Shown piece after piece: positions 17,200 to 30,033 of a stretch of 64,000 nucleotides of DNA. The stretch lies in assembly GCF_009914755.1 (NCBI RefSeq), contig NC_060925.1; one strand, given 5' to 3'. The notes below the pieces were generated by a model. The model was given only the letters and a program-made list of their open reading frames with translations. It was not told the origin of the DNA and did no database searches. The position numbers were made by a program, and so were the translations under genes. This DNA comes from the human T2T-CHM13v2.0 reference genome, Homo sapiens. Numbering within the stretch: the first letter of the stretch is position 1; each line of letters opens with the position of its first letter.

Positions 17200-19120
17200 C
17201 ATATGGCTTAACTATCAGAACAAAGAACTAAGACCTACCTACTACAACATGACATTCTCATGAGTTCCTCAATTCTTGCCCAGGAAAATAAAGCTATAAA
17301 CCAGTAAATAACTTGGTTATTTTCTTCAAGACCTTCCCATAAATCATTTACCTGAGCAACAGACTGCTCAATCATCAATCACCTACCTTTTCCAAACAAC
17401 AGATTCTGAATCCTGGCAAACAGTTCCCTTCTTATGACAATAGATCACTCAACTGAACAAATTCCTTCCTTATCAAAATAGTGTTTACTTGTCAAGACTT
17501 TCTTTAAGACTCATGCCTTAATTCCATTAATCCTAAACTTTTATATCACAAACTTTGCCTACTAGAATCCCACACTGAAAGCTCTCTTAAAACACTCAAG
17601 CCTAGTTCCCAAAACCATATAAATATCAGCCATTAACCTGCCTCTTTCAGAGACAACACTAAGACTGTCAAGGTAGTGCTCTCCCATACTGTATTATGTC
17701 ATAAACTCAGCTTTGCATATCAACAGGTTATTCAGTTACTGTGATGTACTTCTGACCAGATGGCAGCTGACAATCCTAGAAGTCCAATAAGATCAAATAG
17801 GCCCTTTTGCTGCCACAGCTAAGATCTTCAACTTAGAAATACCAAATTCCTCTGTGACTTCTTTTAGCCTCTCTCTTCAGGGATCTCTCTGGCTATAATG
17901 GTGAACTGGGTCTTGGTACTGAGTCTCAGCTCCAATTTCCTTTGGTTAAGCTCTCAATCACTGAGTTTCCCTGTCTTTCAGAAATGCAGAAGACTTTCAG
18001 TAATCTATTAATTGCAAATTTGTATGCCAGGGAGAAATCTGTCTCATTACTAACAATACTAATATGTATCTCTTTGTCTTTGTCACTTTTTGAGGGGAGT
18101 CTATAAAAGAAAGTTCCTAGAGAAGTGAACAGATAAAAGCCACTAACCCATTTTTGAGCCAGGCCCAAAGACTCACAGGTTCAGTTGTTCTCATTGTACC
18201 AACATCCTTATAATAAAATCTTTGCCCTGGGTCACTTGTCAAAATATCATGAAAACGTTCCTCTGTTTTGTTTTGTATTTTTTTTTAATTGTTTTCTTCA
18301 TGAGAGAAATTTCCTCTGGGAGAGACTGCCTCCAAATCTCCCATGTTTCTAGAATTGCAAATCTGTCCAGTCTTCAATTTGAAATAAGCAACTATTAAAA
18401 TGAGGGCAAAGACAAAATGCACACAAGTAATATATTTGACCAACACCGCCAGACTCATGGATTTATTTCAGTCTAGGTCCATGCCCCTTCCAAGTTATAT
18501 TCAAGCTTCCTACATGTATACATACTAGAACTTTAAATTATACACTTATTTTTCTAAACAGCATGATTTCACCAAGGATATTTTAGACTTGCAATGGCAA
18601 CTTTGGATAATTTTTTATATAAATAAAACTGTTTGAAAGGTACCTTAAAATGGAAAGAAGCAAAATCTCATACATCCAATGGTCTATATTTCCTAATTGC
18701 TATGACAAAATTTATTTTTTAATCCAGATTCTAAAAATTCCTTCCTTAAAAGATTTGCTAGCCAAGGCAAATTAAAAATATAAAATGTTAAAACCATTTG
18801 CCTTTCAGATGCCTTCACATTCTAATTTGAAAGATACAGCATTTATCCCACTATTCCTTATCTCCTGTGTTATGTTCCTCCATCACCCTCAGGCCTCTAT
18901 CCTTCCTCTTGCCTGCTTTCCTTTCCATCTGACCTGCTAGAAACAAAAGTTCAGTAACTTCTTAAAGGTAAATCCCCTTCAGAATGGGACAAGTGTCATG
19001 TGGTTGAGTTTTAAGCACTGGTCTGTTGATTTTTAAGCTTCTGGGATGAAAACCACTGCCAAAGACTCTCCAAAGCCTAAACAAGATAAACAGGAATTTG
19101 CAGAAAAATTTAGAGTTCTG
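17200..19120 (+). mobile_element. Ancient ERV1-like LTR and internal remnant
   Basis: LTR-like segment ~17220-17740, then gag-like debris (cttgcaatggcaactttgg); very degenerate. Confidence 0.4.
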
Positions 19121-19388
19121 TGAACTCCAACCTAGCCCTTGTACATTTTCCTATTTCAATAAATGGTATCATCAAACACTGAGTTGTGAAAATCAGAAAT
19201 CTAACAATTTTTCTTAAGATTGCAGAGCTAAGTTCCTTTCAATGCCTTCCTGGCTATTTTTGCCTAGCTCCTGGAATTTAAAAAAAAAAAAAGCCTAGAG
19301 GTATTTTTACTGGGATCTTGCTAATTTTTAAATTACTCTAGGTAGAGAACATCTTCAAAACATCAAATTTTTCTCTATGAGAACACAT

Positions 19389-19740
19389 TCAGTCATGTGT
19401 TCTCATTGTTAAGTATGCATTGCTTAACAATGGCGATACCTTCTGAGAAATACGTCATTAGGCGATTTTGTCACCATGCAAACATCATAGAGTGTACTTA
19501 CATAAATCTAGATGGTATAGTCTACAACATACCTAGGCTATAATGGTATAGCCTATTGTACCTAGGCTACAAACCTGTACAACTTGTTACTGTACTGAAT
19601 GCTGTAAGCAATTTTAACAGAATGATAAGGATTTGTATATCAGACCTAAACATAGAAAAAGTACAACAAAAATAGACATTATAATCTTACAAAACGACTG
19701 CCATATTTGTGGTCCATCGCTGACCAAAACATCATCACAC
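19389..19740. mobile_element. Tigger3a/MER7A-like DNA transposon
   Basis: cagtcatgtg...ttctgagaaatacgtcattaggcgattttgtc...cctaggctacaaacctgtac motifs. Confidence 0.75.
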
Positions 19741-19769
19741 ACCACTTCTTTTCATTTTTCAGGTCTACT

Positions 19770-20480
19770 TTTCCAGCATTAATTCTAAATATCTGTCTAA
19801 TATCTCTACGGCTATCACCCTCCATTACTACCACCCCAATCTAACCTATCACTTCTCACCTTGACTATTCAATGGCCTACTAACTTGGCTACCAGCATCC
19901 ACTCTTTTCTCAGTCCATTCATTTTCCATACTGCAATTCAGAGTGATATTTTCAAAGTATAAATCTCGCCATGTCACCTTGCTATTTAAAATCATTTCAT
20001 TTGCTCCCATTGTACTTAGGATAATTACCAAAATCTCCAATATGTCCTAAAAGATTTAATCCCTACCTGCTTCTACAGGCTCAATTTACACCATGTACCT
20101 ATTCATGTCTTTACTTCCAGCAACACCAATATTTTAGTTGCTTAGCCACTGAACCTTAATGAATGCTATTTTCCCTTTTCTATTGCAGATGCTCTTCCCT
20201 CCCCTTTTCATAGCGTAAACTCCTATTCATCTTCAAAGCTCAACATCCTCAAAATACCTTTTCCATTCTCCTCAACCAGGTCAAACCATCTCAGTACATA
20301 ATGTCAAAGCATTATGTATGTCCTCCATGATATGTATCACAGTTCCAAGTACATATGAATGTTTGTGATTTTCTTAGTATGTCTTCTTCCTTCACTACCA
20401 TGAAATACCCATGAGTGCAGAGACGATTTCTAGTTTTGCTAATTTTCTATTTCTAGCATAATAGTGTCAGTCACATAATC
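19770..20480 (+). mobile_element. L2 3' fragment
   Basis: Pyrimidine-rich L2-like sequence (tctcaccttgactattcaatggcctactaac). Confidence 0.55.
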
Positions 20481-21190
20481 TTTTTTAAAGAGATAAAGAG
20501 ATATTAGCAGGGGAACGGAACAGAGTATTATAGGTGTAATAGAAATTGCTGGCTGCCCACAATTCAGCTTTCCCTCTTCCAGAGTAAAATTGTTGCTAAG
20601 AAGCAACCTTTACATCTAGGTAAGAGAATGTGATTAGTTATTGGCAATAGAAAGTAGGCAAGAATGGTGTGTCAATCCCAGGCCCAGGCATTTAAGAAAC
20701 AGATTTGGCTTCTCCATATTTTCCATCATCTTCCACCATGTGAAGAAGACACCAAGGCCTCAGGGTGAGCCAAAGCCGTAAGATGGGTCACAGCATGGAG
20801 AAAATAGCATACAGATCGAAAGTATCCTCAATTTAACTGTTATGTAATTAAAAACTAAATTTCTATTATATTAAGTTTCCAACAGTTGGAGGCTTACTGG
20901 TATATCAAATAGCATTACCCCAATGAGTTTACCAGTTGTTATCTTAATGTACTAGCCTTATCAGAAATCAATATATGCACTGGCTTATCAGTTGGGGGCA
21001 GGCAGCATGGGGAACAGCTATTTTTGAATAGAAAATTTAAGATGTCTGTAATGCAGTGGCAAAATATTTAATAAAACTATAGCCTACAATAGCTTGAAAG
21101 GCAGATCACATGGTTTCCAAGCTTATATCTCTAGGGAAATAAATTGGAAGAACAGTACTTTGTGCTGGCTTTTATTTGTATTTAGCTAAG

Positions 21191-21545
21191 TGTATTAGTC
21201 TGTTTTCTCACTGCTGATAAAGACATACACAAGACTGGGAAGAAAAAGAGGTTTAATTGGACTTACAGTTCCACACGGCTGGGGAGGCCTCAGAATCATG
21301 GTGGGAGGTGAAAGGCACTTCTTACATGATGGTGGAAAGAGAAAAATGAGGAAGAAGCAAAAGCGGAAAGCCCTGATAAACCCATCAGATCTCATGAGAC
21401 TTATTCACTGTCATGAGAATAACATGGGAAAGATAGACGCTTACAGTTCAATCATCTCCCCCTGGGTACCTCCCACAACATGTGGGAATTCTGGGAGATG
21501 CAATTCAATTTGAGATTTGGCTGGGGACACAGCCAAACCATATCA
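21191..21545 (-). mobile_element. THE1A-like solo LTR
   Basis: tgtattagtc...cagccaaaccatatca, 355 bp, closely resembling the LTRs at 14453 and 16355. Confidence 0.92.
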
Positions 21546-21781
21546 CAAGGGATTTCAAGCAAGTGGTAAGCTCATATGGAATCAACCTAATTGCCTATCA
21601 ATTGATAAATGGATAAAGAAAATGTAGTATATGCACACACATACAATGGTATACTATTCAGCCTTTAAAAAGAATAAAGTCGTGTCATTTATTATACAAC
21701 AACATAAACCTGGAAGACATAATGTTAAGTTAAATAAGATAGGCACAGAAAGACAAATGTCACATGATTATGCTTACATGT

Positions 21782-22151
21782 TACATTAGTCTGTTTTCAC
21801 ACTGCTATAAAGACATACCCAAGACTGGTAATTTTTAAAGAAAAGAGGTTTAATTGACTCACAGTTCTGCATGGTTGGGGAGGTCTCAGGAAACTTACAA
21901 TCATGGCAGAAGGAGAAACAGGCACATCTTACATGGTGGCAGGCAAGAGAGAGCAAGCAACAGTGGGGAAAACTGCTTATCAAACCATCAGAACTCGTGA
22001 GAACTCACTATCATGAAACAGCAAGGGGGAAATTGCCTTCATGATCCAGTCACCTCTCTCTCTCGACAGGTGGGAATTGTCCATCTCTTGACACGTGGGG
22101 ATTACAATTCGAGATGAGATTTGGGTGGGGACACAGAGCCAAACAATATCA
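21782..22151 (-). mobile_element. THE1D/MSTA-type solo LTR
   Basis: MaLR LTR motifs (ctcaggaaacttacaatcatggc) with a perfect 5-bp TSD CATGT at 21777-21781 and 22152-22156. Confidence 0.9.
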
Positions 22152-22538
22152 CATGTAGAATCTAAAAAAGTCAAACTCATAGAAGCAGAAAACAGAATGG
22201 TGGTTGCCAGGGGGACATTGGGGTATGGTGGGCAGAATGCAGAGATGTTGGTCAAAGGGTACAAAGTTTCAAGTAGACAGGATGAAAAAATTCTGGAGAT
22301 CTATTTTACAGCATGATGACTATAACTAATGATATATCATATACTTGAAAATTGCTAAGACAGATTTGTCTTAGCAGAGAAAATCAGTTGTTACATTCAG
22401 TAATACCTTATATGGTAGTATTTCCAAACTTCAGTCATTCACAGAGCACCCTCATAATCTTTGCAGTATTTGCATATATCTTATGCTCTTTTCCTTAAAG
22501 CCACTTTCTCTTCTTTATTTATTTATCATGGTGACATA

Positions 22539-22688
22539 ATAAATGAAAATCCAGTATCATACGCTTTACATGCATGATAGCCTTTAAAAATACAATGGAA
22601 ATAAAACTCACCATGATAAATGAAATTGCAGTATCATATGCTTTACGTGTATGATAGCCTTAAAAAATTGTGAAAATAAAACTCACCA
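22539..22688. repeat. Tandem duplication, period ~77 bp
   Basis: ataaatgaaa..cagtatcat..gctttac..atgatagcctt..aaataaaactcacca occurs twice, starting at 22539 and 22616. Confidence 0.85.
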
Positions 22689-23630
22689 CAACAAATAAGT
22701 ATGTGAAGTAATAGATACATTAAGTAGCTTAATTTAATCATTCCACAACATATACATATATGAAAACATCATGTTGTACCATAAGTACATAAAACTTTTG
22801 TCAATTATACCTTAATAAAGCTGGAGAAAAAAGAAAAAGTGAGAATCTCGGGAAAGAATTCTCTTGCCTATGCAAAGTACATTCATTCAAAGAACTCATG
22901 CAAGGTCCTACTTTTCTAGAAAATGTTCTGTGAGCACTCCTGGCTTCATGGCTCTTTTCCATATAGAAGTCCTAAAGTGTTCTATTACTTGAATATTTAT
23001 TAACTAACTACTATGTACCTACATGAAAATAATCCTTTTTTATTTTCATGTTCAATGCTGCAGATATATTTATATGACAATCTACCTCTTGAATACAAAA
23101 ATAATCCTGTGAACTTACCACCTACTATCCCCTAAGGGAAGCCCTGATATTAAGGAATCCAGCGATGAGAGTGGAAAGGAATTAAAGGGGTTGAAATGCA
23201 GTTTTTGGTGGAATTCATTTGGAAAAGAGGGCTCTTAATACCTGACTTTAAATGGACCAGCCAACTTATAGCAGGATTATAGCCACCTTAGGATAAAGAT
23301 TAGTACTTGCTCTTCATTCTATATTTGTATAGATTTGGTTTACTTGTTTTCCCTTAATAGTCCACTCACATAATATGCATATGTTAGGAATTCCTACTAT
23401 ATGTCAGATAATATGCTAGGTACTACCAATTATTATCAATAAGCAAGATCAATAGGTCCTTGCCATACTGTGTACATTTGTGTGTGGAACAAATACCAAT
23501 GTGCATGTGTATGTGTTTGCATAAATTTTAAATGTTAGGATGAGACTGGACTAAGTTAATTATTCCAGGCCTCCTCTCCTCTAGTGAGGGCCTTAAAAAA
23601 GGAACAACTCTATATATAAACACTATACAG

Positions 23631-23977
23631 CAGCAGTCCCCAACCTTTTCAGTACCAGGAACCAGTTTTGTGGAAGACAATTTTTCCACGAACTGGTGGG
23701 GGGCGGGGAGGATGTCTGGTTTCAGAATGAAACTGTTCCACCTCAGATCATCAGGCATTAGTTAGATTCTCACAAGGAGCACACAACCTAGATCCCTCAT
23801 ATGCACAGCACAGTAGGGTTCGTGCTCCTATGAGAATCTAATGCTGCCACTGATCTGACAGGAGGTGGAGCTCAGGCCATAATGCTCACTCACCTGCCAC
23901 TCACCTCCTGTGGTGTGGCCCAGTTCCTAACAGGCCACAGACAACTACTCGTCTGTGGCCTGGGTTGGGGACTCCTG
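23631..23977. mobile_element. MER1B-like hAT-Charlie DNA transposon
   Basis: Terminal inverted repeats cagcagtccccaacc / ggttggggactcctg and a perfect 8-bp TSD CTATACAG. Confidence 0.92.
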
Positions 23978-24403
23978 CTATACAGGAAGAGCCCTATCTA
24001 TATAAGTGTTATATTCATAGTCTATACTAGTGGCTCTCAGTTATGAATCCTTAGATAGATGGCAAAAGAGATGCATAAGAATCACCCAGAAACTTGGTAA
24101 AAATAGAAAATTCCAGTCTCCATACTCAGCAATTTCAATTTAGTAGGCTTAGAATAAATATTTATAAAGCTTCACCTAGATGATTCTGTCACTGGTAGAT
24201 CTGTGTCCCTAAACAGTGCCTTGATTGATTATTTAATTGTGCTATACTTCTTTTATCATAGTTAAAGTATGGCAAAGTATTGTGGTATTCAGTACCAGTA
24301 GCACAAAATAGTTTAATAGTAGCACAAAATCGTTTAAGAAAATAAATAGTTTAAGTAAGTACATAAACAATGATATTTTAAGAAAAGCTATGGTTTTTCT
24401 TTT

Positions 24404-27154
24404 TTTTTTTTTTTATATGAATAGTTAAATTTTTTTTCTTTTTTTTTTTTAATTAATTTATTTATTTTTTATTGATCATTCTTGGGTGTTTCTCGCAGAG
24501 GGGGATTTAGCAGGGTCATAGGACAATAGTGGAGGGAAGGTCAGCAGATAAACAAGTGAACAAAGGTCTCTGGTTTTCCTAGGCAGAGGACCCTGCGGCC
24601 TTGGCCTTCCGCAGTGTTTGTGTCCCTGGGTACTTAAGATTAGGGAGTGGTGATGACTCTTAACGAGCATGCTGCCTTCAAGCATCTGTTTAACAAAGCA
24701 CATCTTGCACCGCCCTTAATCCATTTAACCCTGAGTGGACACAGCACATGTTTCAGAGAGCACAGGGTTGGGGATAAGGTCACAGATCAACAGGATCCCA
24801 AGGCAGAAGAATTTTTCTTAGTACAGAACAAAATGAAAAGTCTCCCATGTCTACTTCTATCCACACAGACCCGGCAACCATCCGATTTCTCAATTTTTTC
24901 CCCACCCTTCCCGCCTTTCTATTCCACAAAACCGCCATTGTCATCATGGCCCATCCCCAGTGAGCCGCTGGGCACACCTCCCAGACGGGGTCGTGGCCGG
25001 GCAGAGGGGCTCCTCACTTCCCAGTAGGGGCGGCCGGGCAGAAGCGCCCCTCACCTCCCGGATGGGGCGGCTGGCCGGGCGGGGGGCTGACCCCCCCACC
25101 ACCCTCCCGGACGGGGCGGCTGGCCAGGCAGAGGGGCTCCTCACTTCCCAGTAGGGGCGGCCGGGCAGAGGCACCCCTCACCTCCTGGATAGGGCGGCTG
25201 GCTGGGCGGGGGGCTGTCCCCCCCACCTCCCTCCCGGACGGGGCGGCTGGCCGGGCAGAGGGGTCCTCACTTCCCAGTAGGGGCGGCCGGGCAGAGGCGC
25301 CCCTCACCTCCCGGACGGGGCGGCCGGCCGGAAGGGGGGCTGACCCCCCCCACCTCCCTCCCGGACGGGGCGGCTGGCCGACCCCCCCCCCCCCCGCCTC
25401 CCTCCCGGACGGGGCGGCTGGCCGGGCAGAGGGGCTCCTCACTTTCCAGTAGGGGCGGCCGGGCAGAGGCGCCCCTCACCTCCCAGACGGGGCGACTGGC
25501 CAGGCGGGGGGCTGATCCCCCCACCTCCCTCCCGGACGGGGCGGCTGGCCAGGCGGGGGGCTGACCCCCCCCACCTCCCTCCCGGACGGGGCGGCTGGCC
25601 GGGCAGGGGGCTGACCCCCCCTCCCCCCTCCCGGACGGGGCGGCTGGCCGGGCGGGGGGCTGACCCCCCCACCTCCCTCCCGGATGGGGCGGCTGGCCAG
25701 GTGGGGGGATGACCCCCCCACCTCCCTCCCGGGCGGGGCGGCTGGCCGGGCAGAGGGGCTCCTCACTTCCCAGTAGGGGCGGCCGGGCAGAGGCGCCCCT
25801 CACCTCCCGGATGGGGCGGCTGGCCAGGCGGGGGGCTGATCCCCCCACCTCCCTCCCAGACGGGGCGGCTGGCCGGGAGGGGGGCTGACCCCCCACCTCC
25901 CTCCCGGACTGGGCGGCTGGCCGGGCGGGGGGCTGACCCCCCCACCTCCCTCCTGGACGGGGCGTCTGGCCGGGCAGAGGGGCTCCTCACTTCCCAGTAG
26001 GGGCGGCCGGGCAGAGGAGCCCCTCACCTCCCGGACGGGGCGGCTGGCCGGGCGGGGGGCTGACCCCCCCACCTCCCTCCCGGACGGGGCGGCTGGCCGA
26101 CCCCCCCCCGCCGCCTCCCTCCCGGATGGGGCGGCTGGCCAGGCAGAGGGGCTCCTCACTTCCCAGTAGGGGCGGCCGGGCAGAGGAGCCCCTCACCTCC
26201 CGGACGGGGCGGCTGGCCGGGCGGGGGGCTGACCCCCCCCACCTCCCTCCCGGACGGGGTGGCTGCTGGGCGGAGACGCTCCTCACTTCCCAGACGGGGT
26301 GGTTGCCGGACGGAGGGGCTCCTCACTTCTCAGACGGGGCGGTTGCCAGGCAGAGGGTTTCCTCACTTCTCAGACGGAGCGGCCGGGCAGAGACGCTCCC
26401 CACCTCCCAGACAGGGCTGCGGCCCAGCAGAGGCGCTCCTCACATCCCAGACAGGGCGGCGGGGCAGAGGTGCTCCCCACATCTCAGACGATGGGCGGCC
26501 GGGCAGAGACGCTCCTCACTTCCTAGATGGGATGGCGGCGGGGAAGAGGCGCTCCTCGCTTCCCAGATGGGATGGCGGCCAGGCAGAGACGCTCCTCACT
26601 TTCCAGACTGGGCAGCCAGGCAGAGGGGCTCCTCACATCCCAGACGATGGGTGGCCAAGCAGAGACGCTCCTCACTTCCCAGACGGGGTGGCGGCCGGGC
26701 AGAGGCTGCAATCTCGGCTCTCCGGGAGGCCAAGGCAGGCGGCTGGGAGGTGGTTGCAGCGAGCGGAGATCACGCCACTGCACTCCAGCCTGGGCACCAT
26801 TGAGCACTGAGTGAACGAGACTCCATCTGCAATCCCGGCACCTCGGGAGGCCGAGGCTGGCGGATCACTCGTGGCTAGGAGCTGGAGACCAGCCCGGCCA
26901 ACACAGCGAAACCCCGTCTCCACCAAAAAAAAACGAAAACCAGTCAGGCGTGGCGGTGCGCGCCTGCAATCGCAGGCACTCGGCAGGCTGAGGCAGGAGA
27001 ATCAGGCAGGGAGGTTGCAGTGAGCCGAGATGGCAGCAGTACCGTCCAGCCTTGGCTCGGCATCAGAGGGAGACCGTGGAGGGACAGGGACAGGGACAGG
27101 GACAGGGAGAGGGAGAGGGAGAGGGAGAGGGAGAGGGAGAGGGAGAGGGAGAGG
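24404..27154 (-). mobile_element. Full-length SVA retrotransposon (probably SVA_F)
   Basis: CCCTCT/CCCTGT hexamers at 27081-27152, Alu-like region ~26700-27080, GC-rich VNTR, SINE-R ~24474-24975 and poly(A). 12-bp TSD GGTTTTTCTTTT at 24392-24403 and 27155-27166. The SINE-R variant ctatccacacagacccgg is what I recall for SVA_F. Confidence 0.96.
24975..26700. repeat. SVA VNTR (~1.7 kb, CpG-rich, G4-prone)
   Basis: Tandem ~35-50-bp units (cacctccctcccggacggggcggctggccgggc / ctcctcacttcccagtaggggcgg). Confidence 0.95.
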
Positions 27155-28037
27155 GGTTTTTCTTTTGTTTTCCCACATATAATAACACTTACTATCAAGA
27201 TACTTTCACTTAGGGACAGAAAAGATAAGCTATGAGACAGTTCTTCTCAAAATGTAGGACATGGACTACAAGTGATAGAGCAAATAATAATGGTACCCAA
27301 AATGATTTTAGAAGATATACAGATTTTACATGGCACATGAACATACATGAAATAATTCTGAATCACCAGAAAAAATATATTTTCAATTCTCTTTCAATAA
27401 GAAATGCTCAGTTAGCTATTGGTATATCTTTTACACCTCTCTACCATTACTTCTCATTTTAAGAAACAGAGAGCATGTCTCAGAGCCTTTAGCAAAACAG
27501 TATCTAGCCAAAATTTAGAAACATTGCTTTATTTTCACTGTATTTTCAAGGCTGTCATACATGTAAAGCATGTGATACTGGATTTTCATTTATCACGGTG
27601 AGTAAACAAACAGAAAGAAAGTGAATTTAAGGAAAAGAGCATAAAATATATGCAAATACTACAAAAGTTATACATACATATGCCTGCAAAAATTATGAGG
27701 GTGCTCTATGAATGACTGAAATTTGGAAATAATACCATGTAAGGTATTACTGAATATAACAACTGATTTCTCTCTCTCATGCACACACATAAACATAGAC
27801 TAACATATTCAATAATTAATACAAATGAATAACCAAAAGCCAAAAAATACTTGTAGAAAGACATTAAATGTACTGCCTGACAAAGTAACCAAAATAACAT
27901 TATATGACAATTATTGTTTTTACATTTTTTACTAAATGAATTTGATAATCCCTATCTGATATACATATATATGAAATAGACTCATGTTGTTGTCTGAAAG
28001 CCAGAACAATTATTATTCTACAATTCATTCTACACAC

Positions 28038-28078
28038 CTTATAATCCTTGGGTCGGCAGCAGCCAAGATGAGAATGAT
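28038..28078 (-). CDS. SPATA6: SPATA6 coding exon (probably exon 9), 41 nt
   Basis: cctttttcag|ATCATTCT...TATAAG|gtgtgt; (D)HSHLGCCRPKDYK; restores phase 0 after the 88-nt exon. Confidence 0.93.
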
Positions 28079-29676
28079 CTGAAAAAGGAAGTACAAAACA
28101 ATTAAAGTTTAAATTTGGTTTCATCTTTGATTTTTAATACTATCATTGTTTCTACAATTATAATTCACTCAGAATATTTCAGAGATACTTCAAAATCCTT
28201 CAACAGTGTTACATCAGAAAGGATAATAATCCATTAGTTAAAATTTGTATTAGTTCTTCAGCAATTAAATGATTTCACAAATACTATTTTCATTTGAAAA
28301 TAGCAGGAAATATCTGAATACAGAAAGGAGTAACTTTTAGTCGATAAACCAATTTGTGTCTATGAAATGAATAGGGTTTAGTTGATAATCAATTTATGAT
28401 GAAACATAATTTGTATTCACAGATTTGACAGATATTGTCAAACTATATGTTTCCTATTCTTATACTCCATTCTAGATTCAGGTGTAAAGAAACAGGACCA
28501 GCTTTAGAGGGTGGTGGCATACAGTAGTTTATAGATCTTGTTGACAAATAAATCTGCATTATACATTCCAGGCCCAAGCACCTTGGGCATATAACTTAAT
28601 CTCTCTAAGTCTCAGATTCCTAATATGTCTGATGTGCCTCTTTCATAATATTGTTTTAAAGATTATATAAGATCTTACACGTAAGGCACTAAAATAGAAA
28701 TCAACTATTATTACTAATACCATCATCAACAACAACATCATTACTATCAAATGTAAACTCAAACAAGCAGGGGTTCAATTTCAAATTCTGCCACTTATTA
28801 AACATAGTATTCTGGTCCAACTATATAAAGACAATTGATCTGTTTCATGCCTCATTTTTAAGAGTATGAAAACAATGCCTACCTTATATCAGAGAGTCAG
28901 AGTGATGATAACATGATACACTTCGTGAAAATCCCCAGAAAAGTATCTATCACATAGTGGATTTTAAAACTAATTCTAAATTTATCCGTAAGATAATAAC
29001 CACTACATTCTACATGTAGATTTGGAGCTTTACTCATTACTTAAAGGAATAAGCTTTCAAGAATCAACTTTTATTATAACAACTTATAATATCTGTTACA
29101 CTGACAGAAAAGAAAATAAGAACCAGAGACAATCAGTTTGCAGCTTCAAGATAGTTGACTAGGGGCATTTTGTACTCCCTTCCTCCACTAAGAAAAACCA
29201 AAAGAGCAGATAGATAATCATACATTGAATAGATCAGCCAATAGAGAATACTGGAATTCAAAAGGAAATTGGCAGACAACACCTAAAGCAAGGAAGGAGA
29301 AGGAAGCAAGATGGCCTGTACAGTGAGGACTGGCACCCAAGAGATACTTCTCAATACACAGAAAGGGTAAGTGAGAGACTCTCAGCTGTCCACATTATCA
29401 CCATGGATCCCTACGATACCAGGCCACTGAAGAGCTCCTGAACCCTCGTGAGCCCTGAAACTAACACAAGGAGCTGCCGGGAGATTGTACCATGCACTGC
29501 CCAAGAGAGAACACTTCCCCTGGGTCCTTCATGTTCCCTGACACTTAAGTAGCTATGGCAAGGCACCACTTTAGAACTCCCTCCCCTACAGACTGTGAGC
29601 TGTCCTGGAGCCCAGTGGCAGCAGGGCTGCCCCCAGGACTTAGAAACAAGCTGTCACAAGCTACTGGATGTAGGGC

Positions 29677-30033
29677 TGTATTAGTCCATTTTTACACTGC
29701 CGATAAAGACATACCTGAGAATGGGCAATTTACAAAAGAAAGCAGTTTAATTGGACTTACAGTTCCACGTAGCTGGGGAAGCCTCACAATCATGGCAGAA
29801 GGCAAGGAAGAGCAAGTCACGTCTTACATGGATGGCAGCAGGCAAAGAGAGAGAACTTGTGCAGGGGAACTCCTCTTTTTAAAATCATTAGATCTCGTGA
29901 GACTTACTCACTCTCATGAGAACAGCATGGGAAAGACTTGCCCCCATGATTCAATTGCCTCCCACCAGGCTCCTCCCACAACACATGGGAATTCAAGATG
30001 AGATTTGGGTGGGGGCACAGCCAAACCATATCA
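29677..30033 (-). mobile_element. THE1B-like solo LTR
   Basis: tgtattagtcc...ccaaaccatatca with a perfect 5-bp TSD AGGGC. Confidence 0.93.

Larger units (their letters stand above)
21575..22835 (+). mobile_element. L1MA/MB-type 3' end, interrupted twice
   Basis: atggaatcaacctaa...gataaatggataaagaaaatg and ttgtcaattataccttaataaagctgg motifs; interrupted by an LTR and by a ~310-bp insert. Confidence 0.75.

Noticed and set aside
24975-26700. Regular repeat array as a possible CRISPR
   Set aside because: Units are tandem with no unique spacers or cas genes, in a eukaryotic SVA context.
24944-27235. Many overlapping Pro/Gly/Arg-rich ORFs
   Set aside because: By-products of the stop-poor SVA VNTR and hexamer repeats.
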